From the NCBI GenBank assembly GCA_016204995.1, contig JACQJR010000001.1, positions 473,666-537,665 of the forward strand: a stretch of 64,000 bases of DNA, written 5' to 3'. How positions within the stretch are numbered: position 1 is the first letter of the stretch; every line of letters starts with the position of its first letter. Below the pieces are notes generated by a model. It saw only the letters and a list, made by a program, of their open reading frames with translations, was not told where the DNA came from and ran no database searches. A program made the position numbers and the translations under genes. Source of the stretch: Candidatus Microgenomates bacterium. GTDB lineage: Bacteria; Patescibacteriota; Microgenomatia; UBA8517; JACQJR01. Shown piece after piece: positions 36,466-45,888 of the stretch.

Positions 36466-38202
36466 ATGTCTAATTTTGTAAGAGCAAATTTTTATTTAAT
36501 TCTGGTTTTCTTTTTAGCTTTTTTATTAAGAGTGTGGTGGTTAAATATTTTTCCAATAGCCATAACGCATGATGAGCAAGAGTATATTATGCAGGCTAAA
36601 TCTTTATTCTTTACAGGGCAAGGGATACCGACTGCTCCTATGTTTGGTTTATTCTCCTGGGGACAACAAAGTTCTGGTAATGTATTGGCTGAATTACCAT
36701 CTTTCTTAATTGCACCGATAATAGGACTATTTAGTTCTTCCCAATTTATTGCCAGATTACCATATGCCTTTGTTTCCTCCCTTACAGTAGTGATTGTTTA
36801 TTTCATTTTTAGTTTTCTAACTAAGAAAAAGTTTCTAGCACTTTTAATAAGTTTGATCTTAGCCTTAAATCCTTGGAGTATCCATTTTGGGAGAACAAGC
36901 TTTGAGTTTACATTTTCTGTATTCTTTTATCTAACTGGTATTTATTTTGCAGTTAAGGCTAACAAATGGAGTATTTTTTATGCTCTACCCTTTTTTACAT
37001 CAGGTTTCCTAAGCTATCATGGAGCTAAATTATTATTTTTTCCTTTAATAGCTTTAGTTTGTCTATGGAAATATTTAGATAATAGGAAAATAGACTGTAA
37101 ACCATTACTATCTCTAGTCACTTTAGCCTTGCTTATCAGTTTTTCTTATTTTGTCACACTTAAATATCAGCCATCTAACGCCAGAGCAGGAGAATTAGTT
37201 TTCTATAATAGTGACATTGCAAGTAGCAGCGTTGATAATGAAAGAAAATCAGCTGTTCCAGGATTTCAGCAACAGATCTTTTTGAATAAGGCAACATATT
37301 TTTACAAAAGGCTTACAGATACCTATCTACACACTTTTTCAACAGACTTTCTATTCGTTTCGGGAGAGAATCGGGGAGCATATTCATTCTGGATCCACGG
37401 ACTATTTTACTATATAGATTTTCCTTTAATAATTCTGGGGTTAATAGGTCTTTACACCATCAGTAAGAGAGTCTGGTGGCTGATTGTTGGTATTATAGCC
37501 ATATCTCCTATAACTTCGGTGCTAAGCGGAGGAGAACCATCATACGTAATCAGATCTGGATTAATTTTTCCATTATTAGCAGCTTTATCAGGAATAGGGA
37601 TTTGGTTTTTATTGAACCAATTAAAAAGGTACAGAGTTTTTATAGGAGGAGCCATTCTGATTATTTACCTTTTTTCGGTAGCCAACTTTCTTAATCTATA
37701 TTTTACTCGTTATCCAATTTACAACAGTGAAGGGTTCTTCTTTAGTAACAAAGTTTTATCAAGGTATGTTGATTTAAATTTAGCCAAAGGATCGGCAACT
37801 CCAATCATAATTTCAGTAGTAGAACCAAGAATAGTCTTTGAAAAATTTCTTTTCTACAATAATTTCTACACCAAAGGAAGTGCTAGAGACATTAACCAAA
37901 AAATAGCTCAAAAGGATTTTAGTTATAAAAATATAAGATTTATTGATAAATGTGATCAGATTACAGCTACTAGTAGTGCCACTTACGTCTACGAAGCAAA
38001 AATGGAATGCAATAAACAACTTCAACCAACTACAAGAATTTTGTCCCCAGTTGATGCTGGATCGTTGTTTATCATTAAAAATGATAAATTATGTAAATCA
38101 TATAATTTATCTAGGTACCCAAGAATAAATAAAATATCTGAGTTTAATGTTTATAAACTTTCAGAAGACGACTTTTGTAAGATTTGGATCTCCATGCTTT
38201 AA
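36466..38202 (+). CDS. GT-C/GT39 (ArnT/PMT-like) glycosyltransferase
   Basis: DE motif after TM1, ARLP, NPWSIHFGR, many TMs. Confidence 0.85.
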   Translation: MSNFVRANFYLILVFFLAFLLRVWWLNIFPIAITHDEQEYIMQAKSLFFTGQGIPTAPMFGLFSWGQQSSGNVLAELPSFLIAPIIGLFSSSQFIARLPYAFVSSLTVVIVYFIFSFLTKKKFLALLISLILALNPWSIHFGRTSFEFTFSVFFYLTGIYFAVKANKWSIFYALPFFTSGFLSYHGAKLLFFPLIALVCLWKYLDNRKIDCKPLLSLVTLALLISFSYFVTLKYQPSNARAGELVFYNSDIASSSVDNERKSAVPGFQQQIFLNKATYFYKRLTDTYLHTFSTDFLFVSGENRGAYSFWIHGLFYYIDFPLIILGLIGLYTISKRVWWLIVGIIAISPITSVLSGGEPSYVIRSGLIFPLLAALSGIGIWFLLNQLKRYRVFIGGAILIIYLFSVANFLNLYFTRYPIYNSEGFFFSNKVLSRYVDLNLAKGSATPIIISVVEPRIVFEKFLFYNNFYTKGSARDINQKIAQKDFSYKNIRFIDKCDQITATSSATYVYEAKMECNKQLQPTTRILSPVDAGSLFIIKNDKLCKSYNLSRYPRINKISEFNVYKLSEDDFCKIWISML

Positions 38203-38233
38203 AAATTGACTTTTTCTGCACTATCCCGAAATG

Positions 38234-38317
38234 CGGAGGAGGTGGGATTCGAACCCACGAGAGCTTGCGCTCACACGCTTTCCAAGCGTGCGGAATAAAC
38301 CGCTATCCGACTCCTCC
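38234..38317 (-). tRNA. tRNA-Ser(GGA)
   Basis: CACGC-TTGGAAA-GCGTG anticodon arm, long variable arm. Confidence 0.95.
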
Positions 38318-38344
38318 AATTAGTGTATAATTCTACCACATATT

Positions 38345-38794
38345 ATGGCTGAAAGACTAGAGAAGGGTGTTGATTATCCCGGCGTGACTATTGTTTATTT
38401 TTGCCATGACGGTAATGGCAAGTTCATCATGGCTAAAAGAAGTCATAATACCCGCGATGAACATGGTAGGTGGGATATTAGGGCTGGCGCTTTAGAATTT
38501 GGAGATACACCAGAGCAAACACTCCGTAAAGAAATAAGCGAAGAATATTGTACAGAAGTAGTTAGTTTTGAATTTTTAGGTTTTAGAGATGTCCAAAGGG
38601 AACATCAAGGAAAAAAGACTCATTGGCTTGCTTTAGATTTTAAAATGCGAGTTGATCCTAGCAAAGTTAAAAATGGTGAGCCACACAAATTTGAAGCAAT
38701 AGGTTGGTTTAGTTTAGATGATAGGCCAGCGGACGAGGAAGTTCATTCTCAATTCCCGCATTTTCTAGAATTGTATACATCAAAACTTCGTTAA
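38345..38794 (+). CDS. NUDIX hydrolase
   Basis: GALEFGDTPEQTLRKEISEEY. Confidence 0.88.
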   Translation: MAERLEKGVDYPGVTIVYFCHDGNGKFIMAKRSHNTRDEHGRWDIRAGALEFGDTPEQTLRKEISEEYCTEVVSFEFLGFRDVQREHQGKKTHWLALDFKMRVDPSKVKNGEPHKFEAIGWFSLDDRPADEEVHSQFPHFLELYTSKLR

Positions 38795-38835
38795 AAAATT
38801 TCCTTTTAGTGTTACAATAGAGGCCACCAAATCTT

Positions 38836-40656
38836 ATGGACTCGCTGGAAGAAATTAAATCTAAATTGGATATTGTTAGTTTTATTTCCGAGTCTGTTAA
38901 TTTGACCCGCAGTGGCCGCAATTTTAAAGCTCCCTGTCCTTTCCATAAAGAAAAAATCGCCTCTTTTATTGTCTCGCCAGAACTGCAACTGTGGCATTGT
39001 TTTGGCGCCTGTAATGAAGGGGGGGATATTTTTAAATTTTTGATGAAAATGGAGGGGATGGATTTCGGGGAGGCCCTGCGTGAAATGGCCAAGCGTACTG
39101 GTGTCAAACTGGCGTCAATTTCTGCCACTCAAGTCAGCGAAAAAGAGCAGCTTTATAAAGTTAATTATGAGATTGCCAAGTTTTATCATTATGCTTTAAC
39201 CGGCCACGAAGTGGGGCAAAACGCTCTTTATTATTTGCAACATGTGCGCGGTTTAAACATGGAAACCATCAAAACTTTTGGTTTAGGATTTGGGCCGGAT
39301 AATTCTAACTTACTGACTCAATTTCTCTTAAATAAACGTCAATTTAGCCGACTTGATGTCTTAAAAAGCGGGGTGATGATTGAGTCTAATGGGAAGCTGG
39401 TAGATAGATTTCGCAACCGCCTGGTTTTCCCTTTGCGAGATAGTCAATCTAATGTAGTTGGATTTTCCGGCCGGATTTTGCCAAAAGACGAGAATAAGGA
39501 TTTAGCTAAATACGTTAATACCCCGGAAACGTTGGTTTATCAAAAACGGCGGCATTTGTTTGGAATTGATATTACCCACCGGGCTATTAAAGAAGCAGGC
39601 TACGTCGTAGTAGTAGAAGGAGAATTTGATTTATTAAGCATCTGGCAGGCCGGCCTGCCTGCGCAGGCAGGGATTCGCAATATAGTAGCGATTAAAGGGA
39701 CGGCTTTTACAGCCGATCAAGCCAGGCTGTTAGTTCGTTTTACTAGCGAGGCAGTTTTTGCTTTAGATAGCGATAGCGCAGGCGAGCATGCGACCAAACT
39801 CGGAATTTTGATTGCCCAGGAGCAAGGTTTAAATGTCAAGGTGGCAAGTCTGGGCAGTTTTAAGGATCCGGATGAAGCAGTCCGGAGCGATGTAGTTAAA
39901 TTCAAACAGAGGCTTGAAACGGCTGTACCGGCTTATGACTTTTTTATTGATTCGGCTTTTACTAAATTTAGCGCCACCACCGCCGGAGGCGTGGCGGCAA
40001 TTAGCAAAGAACTCTCTCCTATTATTGCCGGAATTTCCGATAAAATTGTCCAGGCTCATTACATTAGGGTGCTGGCCGAAAGGTTAAGAATTAACGACGA
40101 GGCAGTGGCGGCTCAAATTGAGGGGTTAGTGAAAAGAAACAGTCTAAGTTTGCCTGCCCTGCCTGCGCAGGCAGGGCAGGCAGGTTTAAGTGGTGAAGGT
40201 CAGAAGGAAGTCGGTAAGAGCCGGCGGGAATTAATTGAGGAACAACTGGTCAGTTTAAGTTTACAGAGAGACCCGTCATTATTAACTAATGATTCTCTAA
40301 ATGAGTTGCTGCAAACGCCCATTTTAAAACGGATTAAAGAAGAATTAAAAAAATTTATCCAGGATCATCATAAATTTACCCCTCGGCAATTTTTAGAGAG
40401 TCTACCAGCAGAATTGAAAGATGAGACTGCTTCTTTACTTCTGGTAGAAGTGGCTAATGAGGATAAAGCCAAGGGCGAATTTGATCATCTTTGCGACGAA
40501 ATAGCTACAATAGATTTAAATTCCCAGATTGAACAAGTGACCAGTTTAATGAAAGCCAAAGAGCAAAAAAGTGAAAGTTTAAGTGTGGAGCAGGCCGAGC
40601 TGGCCCGACTGGTGATTGCCCTTTCGGTGATCAGGAAGCGAAACTTGTCAATTTGA
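38836..40656 (+). CDS. dnaG: DNA primase
   Basis: CPFH zinc finger, DRFRNRLVFP, KYVNTPET, TOPRIM VEGEFD and LDSDSAG. Confidence 0.98.
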   Translation: MDSLEEIKSKLDIVSFISESVNLTRSGRNFKAPCPFHKEKIASFIVSPELQLWHCFGACNEGGDIFKFLMKMEGMDFGEALREMAKRTGVKLASISATQVSEKEQLYKVNYEIAKFYHYALTGHEVGQNALYYLQHVRGLNMETIKTFGLGFGPDNSNLLTQFLLNKRQFSRLDVLKSGVMIESNGKLVDRFRNRLVFPLRDSQSNVVGFSGRILPKDENKDLAKYVNTPETLVYQKRRHLFGIDITHRAIKEAGYVVVVEGEFDLLSIWQAGLPAQAGIRNIVAIKGTAFTADQARLLVRFTSEAVFALDSDSAGEHATKLGILIAQEQGLNVKVASLGSFKDPDEAVRSDVVKFKQRLETAVPAYDFFIDSAFTKFSATTAGGVAAISKELSPIIAGISDKIVQAHYIRVLAERLRINDEAVAAQIEGLVKRNSLSLPALPAQAGQAGLSGEGQKEVGKSRRELIEEQLVSLSLQRDPSLLTNDSLNELLQTPILKRIKEELKKFIQDHHKFTPRQFLESLPAELKDETASLLLVEVANEDKAKGEFDHLCDEIATIDLNSQIEQVTSLMKAKEQKSESLSVEQAELARLVIALSVIRKRNLSI

Positions 40657-40671
40657 GGTATAATTATCTTA

Positions 40672-41757
40672 ATGGTGAAGCTAAGGAAAAATTCCCAGGA
40701 ATTATTAGGCAAAGGGCAAAAGCAGGGATTTCTGACCATAGAGGAAATCCTGGAGATCTATCCTGATGCCGAGGAAAGGTTAGTAGAGCTGGATGAATTG
40801 TTTAGGCAATTAGTGTTAGAGGGGGTGGATGTTTTTGAATCTATTAGCGAAGAAGAAATGTTGGATGTGGCTAAATCTCAAGATGATTTTGAGCGGGAGA
40901 TTGAGGCTTTGGCGAAACTGGAGCAAGGAGAAGCCACCGATCCGGTGCGACAATATCTGCGGGAAATTGGTCGCTATCGCTTATTGACTTCCGAAGAAGA
41001 AGTGGAGCTAGCTAAGCGAGTAGAGAAAAGTGATCGTCGGGCTAAGGAAAAATTAACTCAATCCAATCTGCGTTTAGTAGTTTCCATAGCCAAAAAGTAT
41101 GTCGGTCGCGGTTTGTCTCTTTTGGATTTAATCCAGGAAGGCAATCAGGGTTTAATCAGGGCCGTGGAAAAATATGACTGGCGCAAAGGTTTTAAGTTTT
41201 CCACTTATGCCACTTGGTGGATTAGACAAGCGATTACCCGGGCTATTGCCGATCAAGCCCGCACCATCCGTATCCCCGTCCATATGGTGGAAACCATTAA
41301 TAAAGTTTTCCGTACATCGCGCCGTTTGATGCAAGAGTTAGGCCGGGAACCCACTAATGAAGAAATTGGCCATGAACTGGAATTAACTGGTGACCGGGTA
41401 GCAGAGATTTTCAAAATTGCCCAGGATACTACTTCTTTAGAAACACCGGTTGGCGAAGATGATGACTCAATTTTAGGTGATTTTATTGATGATACCATTA
41501 CGCCAAAGCCCGAGGAAGTGGCGGCCCGCGAACTTTTAAAGCAACAATTAGAAGAGGTATTATCTACTTTAACTCCTCGTGAAGCCCAAGTGTTGCGGAT
41601 GAGATTTGGTTTAGATGCCGGTAAAGCCCGGACTTTAGAAGAGGTAGGTCGGGAATTTGGGGTGACGCGCGAGCGGATTCGCCAAATTGAAGCTAAAGCT
41701 TTGAAAAAACTGCGCCATCCGTCCCGTCGCAAAAAACTGCAGGATTACCTTGACTGA
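40672..41757 (+). CDS. rpoD: Primary sigma factor RpoD/SigA
   Basis: [40 protein letters not shown]. Confidence 0.98.
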   Translation: MVKLRKNSQELLGKGQKQGFLTIEEILEIYPDAEERLVELDELFRQLVLEGVDVFESISEEEMLDVAKSQDDFEREIEALAKLEQGEATDPVRQYLREIGRYRLLTSEEEVELAKRVEKSDRRAKEKLTQSNLRLVVSIAKKYVGRGLSLLDLIQEGNQGLIRAVEKYDWRKGFKFSTYATWWIRQAITRAIADQARTIRIPVHMVETINKVFRTSRRLMQELGREPTNEEIGHELELTGDRVAEIFKIAQDTTSLETPVGEDDDSILGDFIDDTITPKPEEVAARELLKQQLEEVLSTLTPREAQVLRMRFGLDAGKARTLEEVGREFGVTRERIRQIEAKALKKLRHPSRRKKLQDYLD

Positions 41758-41760
41758 TGT

Positions 41761-42900
41761 ATGATTCTTTACGAATTTGAAGGTAAAAAACTTCTCGTCA
41801 GTGCTGGCATTAGTGTCCCTAATTCTCAATTAATTGAATCAGCTTCTGAAAAAATAAATCTAACGGCACCTCTAGTTTTGAAGGCCCAAGTATTATCGGG
41901 TAAAAGAAAGGATGTCGGCGGAATAGTCGTAGTTGACGAAATCTCAAATCTCAAATCTCAAATCTCAAATCTCTTAAGAAAAGAAATTAATAAAGAGAAA
42001 GTAGAGAAAATTTTAGTGGAAGAAAAAGTAGATTATGAAGGCCCAGAATATTACATTTCAATTTCTTATGATACTGACAGTCGCGGGCCGGTGTTGACAA
42101 TCTCTGAAAGTGGCGGGACAGGTGTGGAAGAAAGGAAAGTTCAAGTTTATCCCATCTCTCCTCTTAATCCAGACCTTCCAGTCACTGATATTCCAGTGGA
42201 AATTTTACAAAAACTGGTGAATTTATTTTTTGATCAGGATATGTTACTTTTAGAGATTAATCCTTTGGTAAAAACTAAAGATAATCAATGGTTGGCTCTT
42301 GATGCCAAGATTAATTTAGATGATACCGCAAGAGATCGTCATCAAGAGTGGAATTTTCCGCCCCGGGCTGTAGCTGGTCATAGTCCTACGGAAGCAGAAA
42401 TTGCCGCTAAAAAAATTGATGAGGGTGATTATCGGGGGACGGCTGGCTCTACTTATTTTGATCTAGACGGCGACATTGCCATTCTGGCCTCAGGCGGCGG
42501 GGCCTCGCTGACCGCCATGGATGCACTGCTGACTGCCGGTGGCAAGCCGGCCAATTACACTGAATATTCTGGTAATCCGCCTCGCGAAAAAGTAACTAAA
42601 CTGACGCAGATTGTGCTATCCAAACCTAATTTGCATGGCTTGTGGATTGTAGGGGCTGTTGCTAATTTTACTGATATTTATGAAACATTGTCTGGTTTTA
42701 CTGAAGCTTTGCGGCAGGTTAAACCTAAACCTAATTATCCGATTGTGATTCGGCGGGGCGGGCCGCGAGATACAGAAGCCTTTGAAATGTTAAAAAACGT
42801 TCGCGATTTTGATTTACATATTTATGGGGCTGAAACGTCAATTAACGAATCGGCTAAAATTATGAGCAAGCTTGCTAAAACTTATGCTGCTGCTTCCTAA
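41761..42900 (+). CDS. Citryl-CoA synthetase large subunit / ATP-citrate lyase beta-like
   Basis: ATP-grasp (EINPL, LDAK) plus citrate-binding domain GGGAS, ANYTEYSGNP, GAVANFTD. Confidence 0.85.
   Translation: MILYEFEGKKLLVSAGISVPNSQLIESASEKINLTAPLVLKAQVLSGKRKDVGGIVVVDEISNLKSQISNLLRKEINKEKVEKILVEEKVDYEGPEYYISISYDTDSRGPVLTISESGGTGVEERKVQVYPISPLNPDLPVTDIPVEILQKLVNLFFDQDMLLLEINPLVKTKDNQWLALDAKINLDDTARDRHQEWNFPPRAVAGHSPTEAEIAAKKIDEGDYRGTAGSTYFDLDGDIAILASGGGASLTAMDALLTAGGKPANYTEYSGNPPREKVTKLTQIVLSKPNLHGLWIVGAVANFTDIYETLSGFTEALRQVKPKPNYPIVIRRGGPRDTEAFEMLKNVRDFDLHIYGAETSINESAKIMSKLAKTYAAAS
41939..41973 (+). repeat. Intragenic tandem heptamer (AAATCTC)5
   Basis: Five perfect units. Confidence 0.95.
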
Positions 42901-43789
42901 AGGCGCCAAAATTATCGGTCAGGGAATTACCGGTTCTGAAGGATCGGTGGCAACGGGCTGGATGAAGGCTTATGGCACTAATTTAGTAGCCGGAGTGACG
43001 CCGGGCAAAGGCGGGCAAGTTGTGGAAGGGGCGCCCATTTTTAATACCATAAAAGAAGCGTTGGAGAAGGTTGACCCCGATAAAATCGGGGTTGATGGAG
43101 CAGTTCAATTTGTACCGCCTTTGCGCGTTAAAGATGCAGTGCTGGAAGCAATTGAAGCTGGCATCAAGTTTATTTTAATCGGGGCTGAAAAAGTACCCAC
43201 CAAAGACGCGGTTATTATTTATAGCCAAGCCCAGAAAAATAACGTTAATATTATCGGTCCGAGTTCTGTTGGTTTAATTAATCCGGCCAGAAAACTAAAG
43301 ATTGGTTCTATTGGCGGAGCCAATCCTGATCGGGTGTTTGCCGAAGGCTCTGTTGCGGTAATTTCCAAATCCGGCGGCATGACTTCAGAAATTGGTTTAC
43401 TATTAAAAAATAACGGTTTAGGGGTGTCGTGGGCGGTGGGAATTGGCGGAGATAGAATTATCGGCACTGATTTTAGCGATTTTTTACTGGCCGTTGAGGA
43501 AGATAGCGAAACACAGGCTTCAGTGATGTTTGGGGAATTAGGGGGCACTTATGAAGAAAGAGTGGCAAAACTGGTGAAGGAAGGTAAGATTACTAAGCCA
43601 GTGGTAGCTTTTATCGCCGGTGAATTTACTGCCCTGTTACCCAGCCAGGTGCAATTTGGTCATGCAGGTGCCATAATTGAAGGAAAGCGGGGTTTGCCTG
43701 ATTATAAAAGGAAAGTCTTAAAAGAAGCCGGAGTATTGGTAGCAGAAACGCTTGATGATATAGTAAAATTACTATTGCCTAATGCCTAG
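42884..43789 (+). CDS. Citryl-CoA synthetase small subunit (SucD-like)
   Basis: QGITG, VTPGKGG, SKSGG, phospho-His motif FGHAGA. Confidence 0.85.
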   Translation: MLLLPKGAKIIGQGITGSEGSVATGWMKAYGTNLVAGVTPGKGGQVVEGAPIFNTIKEALEKVDPDKIGVDGAVQFVPPLRVKDAVLEAIEAGIKFILIGAEKVPTKDAVIIYSQAQKNNVNIIGPSSVGLINPARKLKIGSIGGANPDRVFAEGSVAVISKSGGMTSEIGLLLKNNGLGVSWAVGIGGDRIIGTDFSDFLLAVEEDSETQASVMFGELGGTYEERVAKLVKEGKITKPVVAFIAGEFTALLPSQVQFGHAGAIIEGKRGLPDYKRKVLKEAGVLVAETLDDIVKLLLPNA

Positions 43790-43807
43790 TCCCTAGTGCC
43801 TAATAAT

Positions 43808-44476
43808 ATGGCAAAAACAGTGACGCATCAAAATCTGCAAAGTTTATTTGGCCAAGATGATCTTTTGGCGGTCAGTCAAAGTAAAAGTTTTGTCGGCATG
43901 ATTTTTGAATTGTTATCTGAAAAAGAACCAACAGGGCAAGAACTAGCCATTTTTGAATTAATTTTGAATTTGTCAATTGACCATGGTCCAGAGACTCCTT
44001 CGGCTACAGCCGTGATTGAAGCAGCTAAAACCGGTAAAACTATTTCTGAAAGTTTGGCCGCAGGAATTTTACAAATTAATGATGTTCACGGTGGTGCCGG
44101 AGAACAGGCAATGGAACTTTTTTATCAAGTTCAAGGTGAAAAGTTAAAAGTGCAAAGTTTGGTGGAAAATTCTTTAAAAGAAGGAAAGAGGATGGCTGGA
44201 TATGGGCATAGATTGTATGAAGATATAGATCCGCGGGCGCAGTTGATTTTACAAAAACTACAGGAAGTAAATTTAGGAGAGGAATATATTAAGATTGCTC
44301 AAGAAATTGAAGCAGAATTGGCCAGTCAAAAAGGTAAAAAATTACCCTTGAATATTGATGGAGCCATTGCGGTCGTTCTTTGTAGCTTTGGTTGGGAGCC
44401 TAAACTTGCTAAATCTGTCTTCATCATTGCCCGCACTCCCGGCCTCTGTGGACAATTTTTAAATAATTCAAAATAG
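43808..44476 (+). CDS. Citryl-CoA lyase (citrate synthase-like fold)
   Basis: DHG, HGGA, GYGHR, DPRA, LNIDG. Confidence 0.85.
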   Translation: MAKTVTHQNLQSLFGQDDLLAVSQSKSFVGMIFELLSEKEPTGQELAIFELILNLSIDHGPETPSATAVIEAAKTGKTISESLAAGILQINDVHGGAGEQAMELFYQVQGEKLKVQSLVENSLKEGKRMAGYGHRLYEDIDPRAQLILQKLQEVNLGEEYIKIAQEIEAELASQKGKKLPLNIDGAIAVVLCSFGWEPKLAKSVFIIARTPGLCGQFLNNSK

Positions 44477-44512
44477 ACTTAATGTGTTCAAAATGGTAAA
44501 ATATGGCAACAT

Positions 44513-44587
44513 TCCGGTGTAGCTCAATGGTAGAGCAGGTCGCTGTTAACGACAAGGTTAGAGGTCCGAATCCTCTCGCCGGAGCCA
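44513..44587 (+). tRNA. tRNA-Asn(GTT)
   Basis: GTCG-CTGTTAA-CGAC anticodon arm; CCA encoded. Confidence 0.95.
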
Positions 44588-44644
44588 GGTGGCACTTAAT
44601 GTACGCAGACTTATTTGTTATGATGGATAAAAGGAGATAAAAGC

Positions 44645-44989
44645 ATGGCAAGTAAAAATATCAACAATAATCTTTTCGTCTATCTGGCAGTAGCTGTTTT
44701 AGTTAGTGGCCTGGTTGGCTACTTGATTGGTAAAAATAACAGACCATTTTCCGAAAGTTATATGAGTGAGACTATTTCAATGATGAAAAGCAATGGTTCT
44801 ACTATGATGCAGATGGGGAAAATGATGATGAGCGATGGTCAGATGATGCAACAGAAGGGTCAAAAGTATGGAGATTCGGAAATGATGCAGCAGGGTAAAG
44901 AACTGGAAGAAAATGGCTCAATGATGCAAAATACAGGGAATGGCATGATGGAACGAGGTACGGGTATGAGTCAAATGATGGGGCAATGA
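44645..44989 (+). CDS. Met-rich membrane-anchored protein
   Basis: TM followed by MM-x-x-G repeats; possible metal binding is inferred. Confidence 0.7.
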   Translation: MASKNINNNLFVYLAVAVLVSGLVGYLIGKNNRPFSESYMSETISMMKSNGSTMMQMGKMMMSDGQMMQQKGQKYGDSEMMQQGKELEENGSMMQNTGNGMMERGTGMSQMMGQ

Positions 44990-45209
44990 AGATCATACTC
45001 TTGCTTTACCATAATATTATTTCTTCAATCTGGAATACAAGCTTCCACCTTCCAGTCCCGCGTCTAGGCGGGCGGGTGTAATCGGAAGCATGATATCTGC
45101 CAGGTGAGTTAAGTCCCGTAATTGATTTAAGGTGTTGATTTTGCTATATTTCCTCCATGCTCTTACCAGAGATGGAGTTGATATAAGTCTAGAAGGTGGA
45201 GAAGTTTAA

Positions 45210-45692
45210 ATGAAATTAAATAATAGATATTTTATTAGTGGGTTAGTAATGGTGATTATTATTGTTGTTGTAGGTGGGTTTTTAGTTTTAAGACAGAAGG
45301 AAACTGCTCCAAAAATTCACCCCTCGCCAAGTTCCACGCCAGCTGCTACTATTAGTACAGTAAATATGGAAGGATTAAAAATTGAAGAAATCACAGTAGG
45401 TACAGGGGAAGAAGCTGTCAGTGGCAAAAAAGTGACGGTCAATTACGCCGGTACTTTAACTGACGGCACTAAATTTGACAGTTCCTACGATCGCGGCACT
45501 CCTTTTAGCTTTAATTTAGGAGCGGGAGAGGTGATTAAAGGTTGGGATTTAGGGGTAGCCGGGATGAAAGTGGGCGGTAAAAGGAAGCTAACTATTGCCC
45601 CGGAGCTGGGATATGGGGCCAGCGGGGCTGGCGGCGTCATCCCTCCCAACGCTACCTTGATTTTTGAGGTAGAACTACTGAAAGTGGAGTGA
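45210..45692 (+). CDS. FKBP-type peptidyl-prolyl isomerase
   Basis: FDSSYDRG, VIKGWD, IPPNATLIFEVELL. Confidence 0.96.
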   Translation: MKLNNRYFISGLVMVIIIVVVGGFLVLRQKETAPKIHPSPSSTPAATISTVNMEGLKIEEITVGTGEEAVSGKKVTVNYAGTLTDGTKFDSSYDRGTPFSFNLGAGEVIKGWDLGVAGMKVGGKRKLTIAPELGYGASGAGGVIPPNATLIFEVELLKVE

Positions 45693-45888
45693 AATTAGCT
45701 TTAAATTGGACTTTTAGACTAAGCTGTGTTATACTTCTGTATCGGCAGATTGAGATAATACATCTGCTTAACGAGACTTTTTGAGTTTGTTAGATAAAGG
45801 TACCCCAAATTTATATTAATTTTTTATTGTATCTTTTCTCCATACTTCAGCAATTTCTCCCTTAAGCAGTTGCGTTCTTTCAATTTAT

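Noticed and set aside
41761-44476. sucC-sucD-gltA annotation
   Set aside because: The large subunit has ACL/CCS-type citrate-binding motifs, and the third gene is too short for citrate synthase.
45165-45190. Fluoride riboswitch suggested by GATGGAGTT
   Set aside because: The paired flanks and downstream conserved segment are missing, and the downstream gene is unrelated.
45720-45888. Long leader of the DEAD-box helicase as a named riboregulator
   Set aside because: A promoter-like TATACT and some pairing are visible, but no recognisable family; evidence is insufficient.
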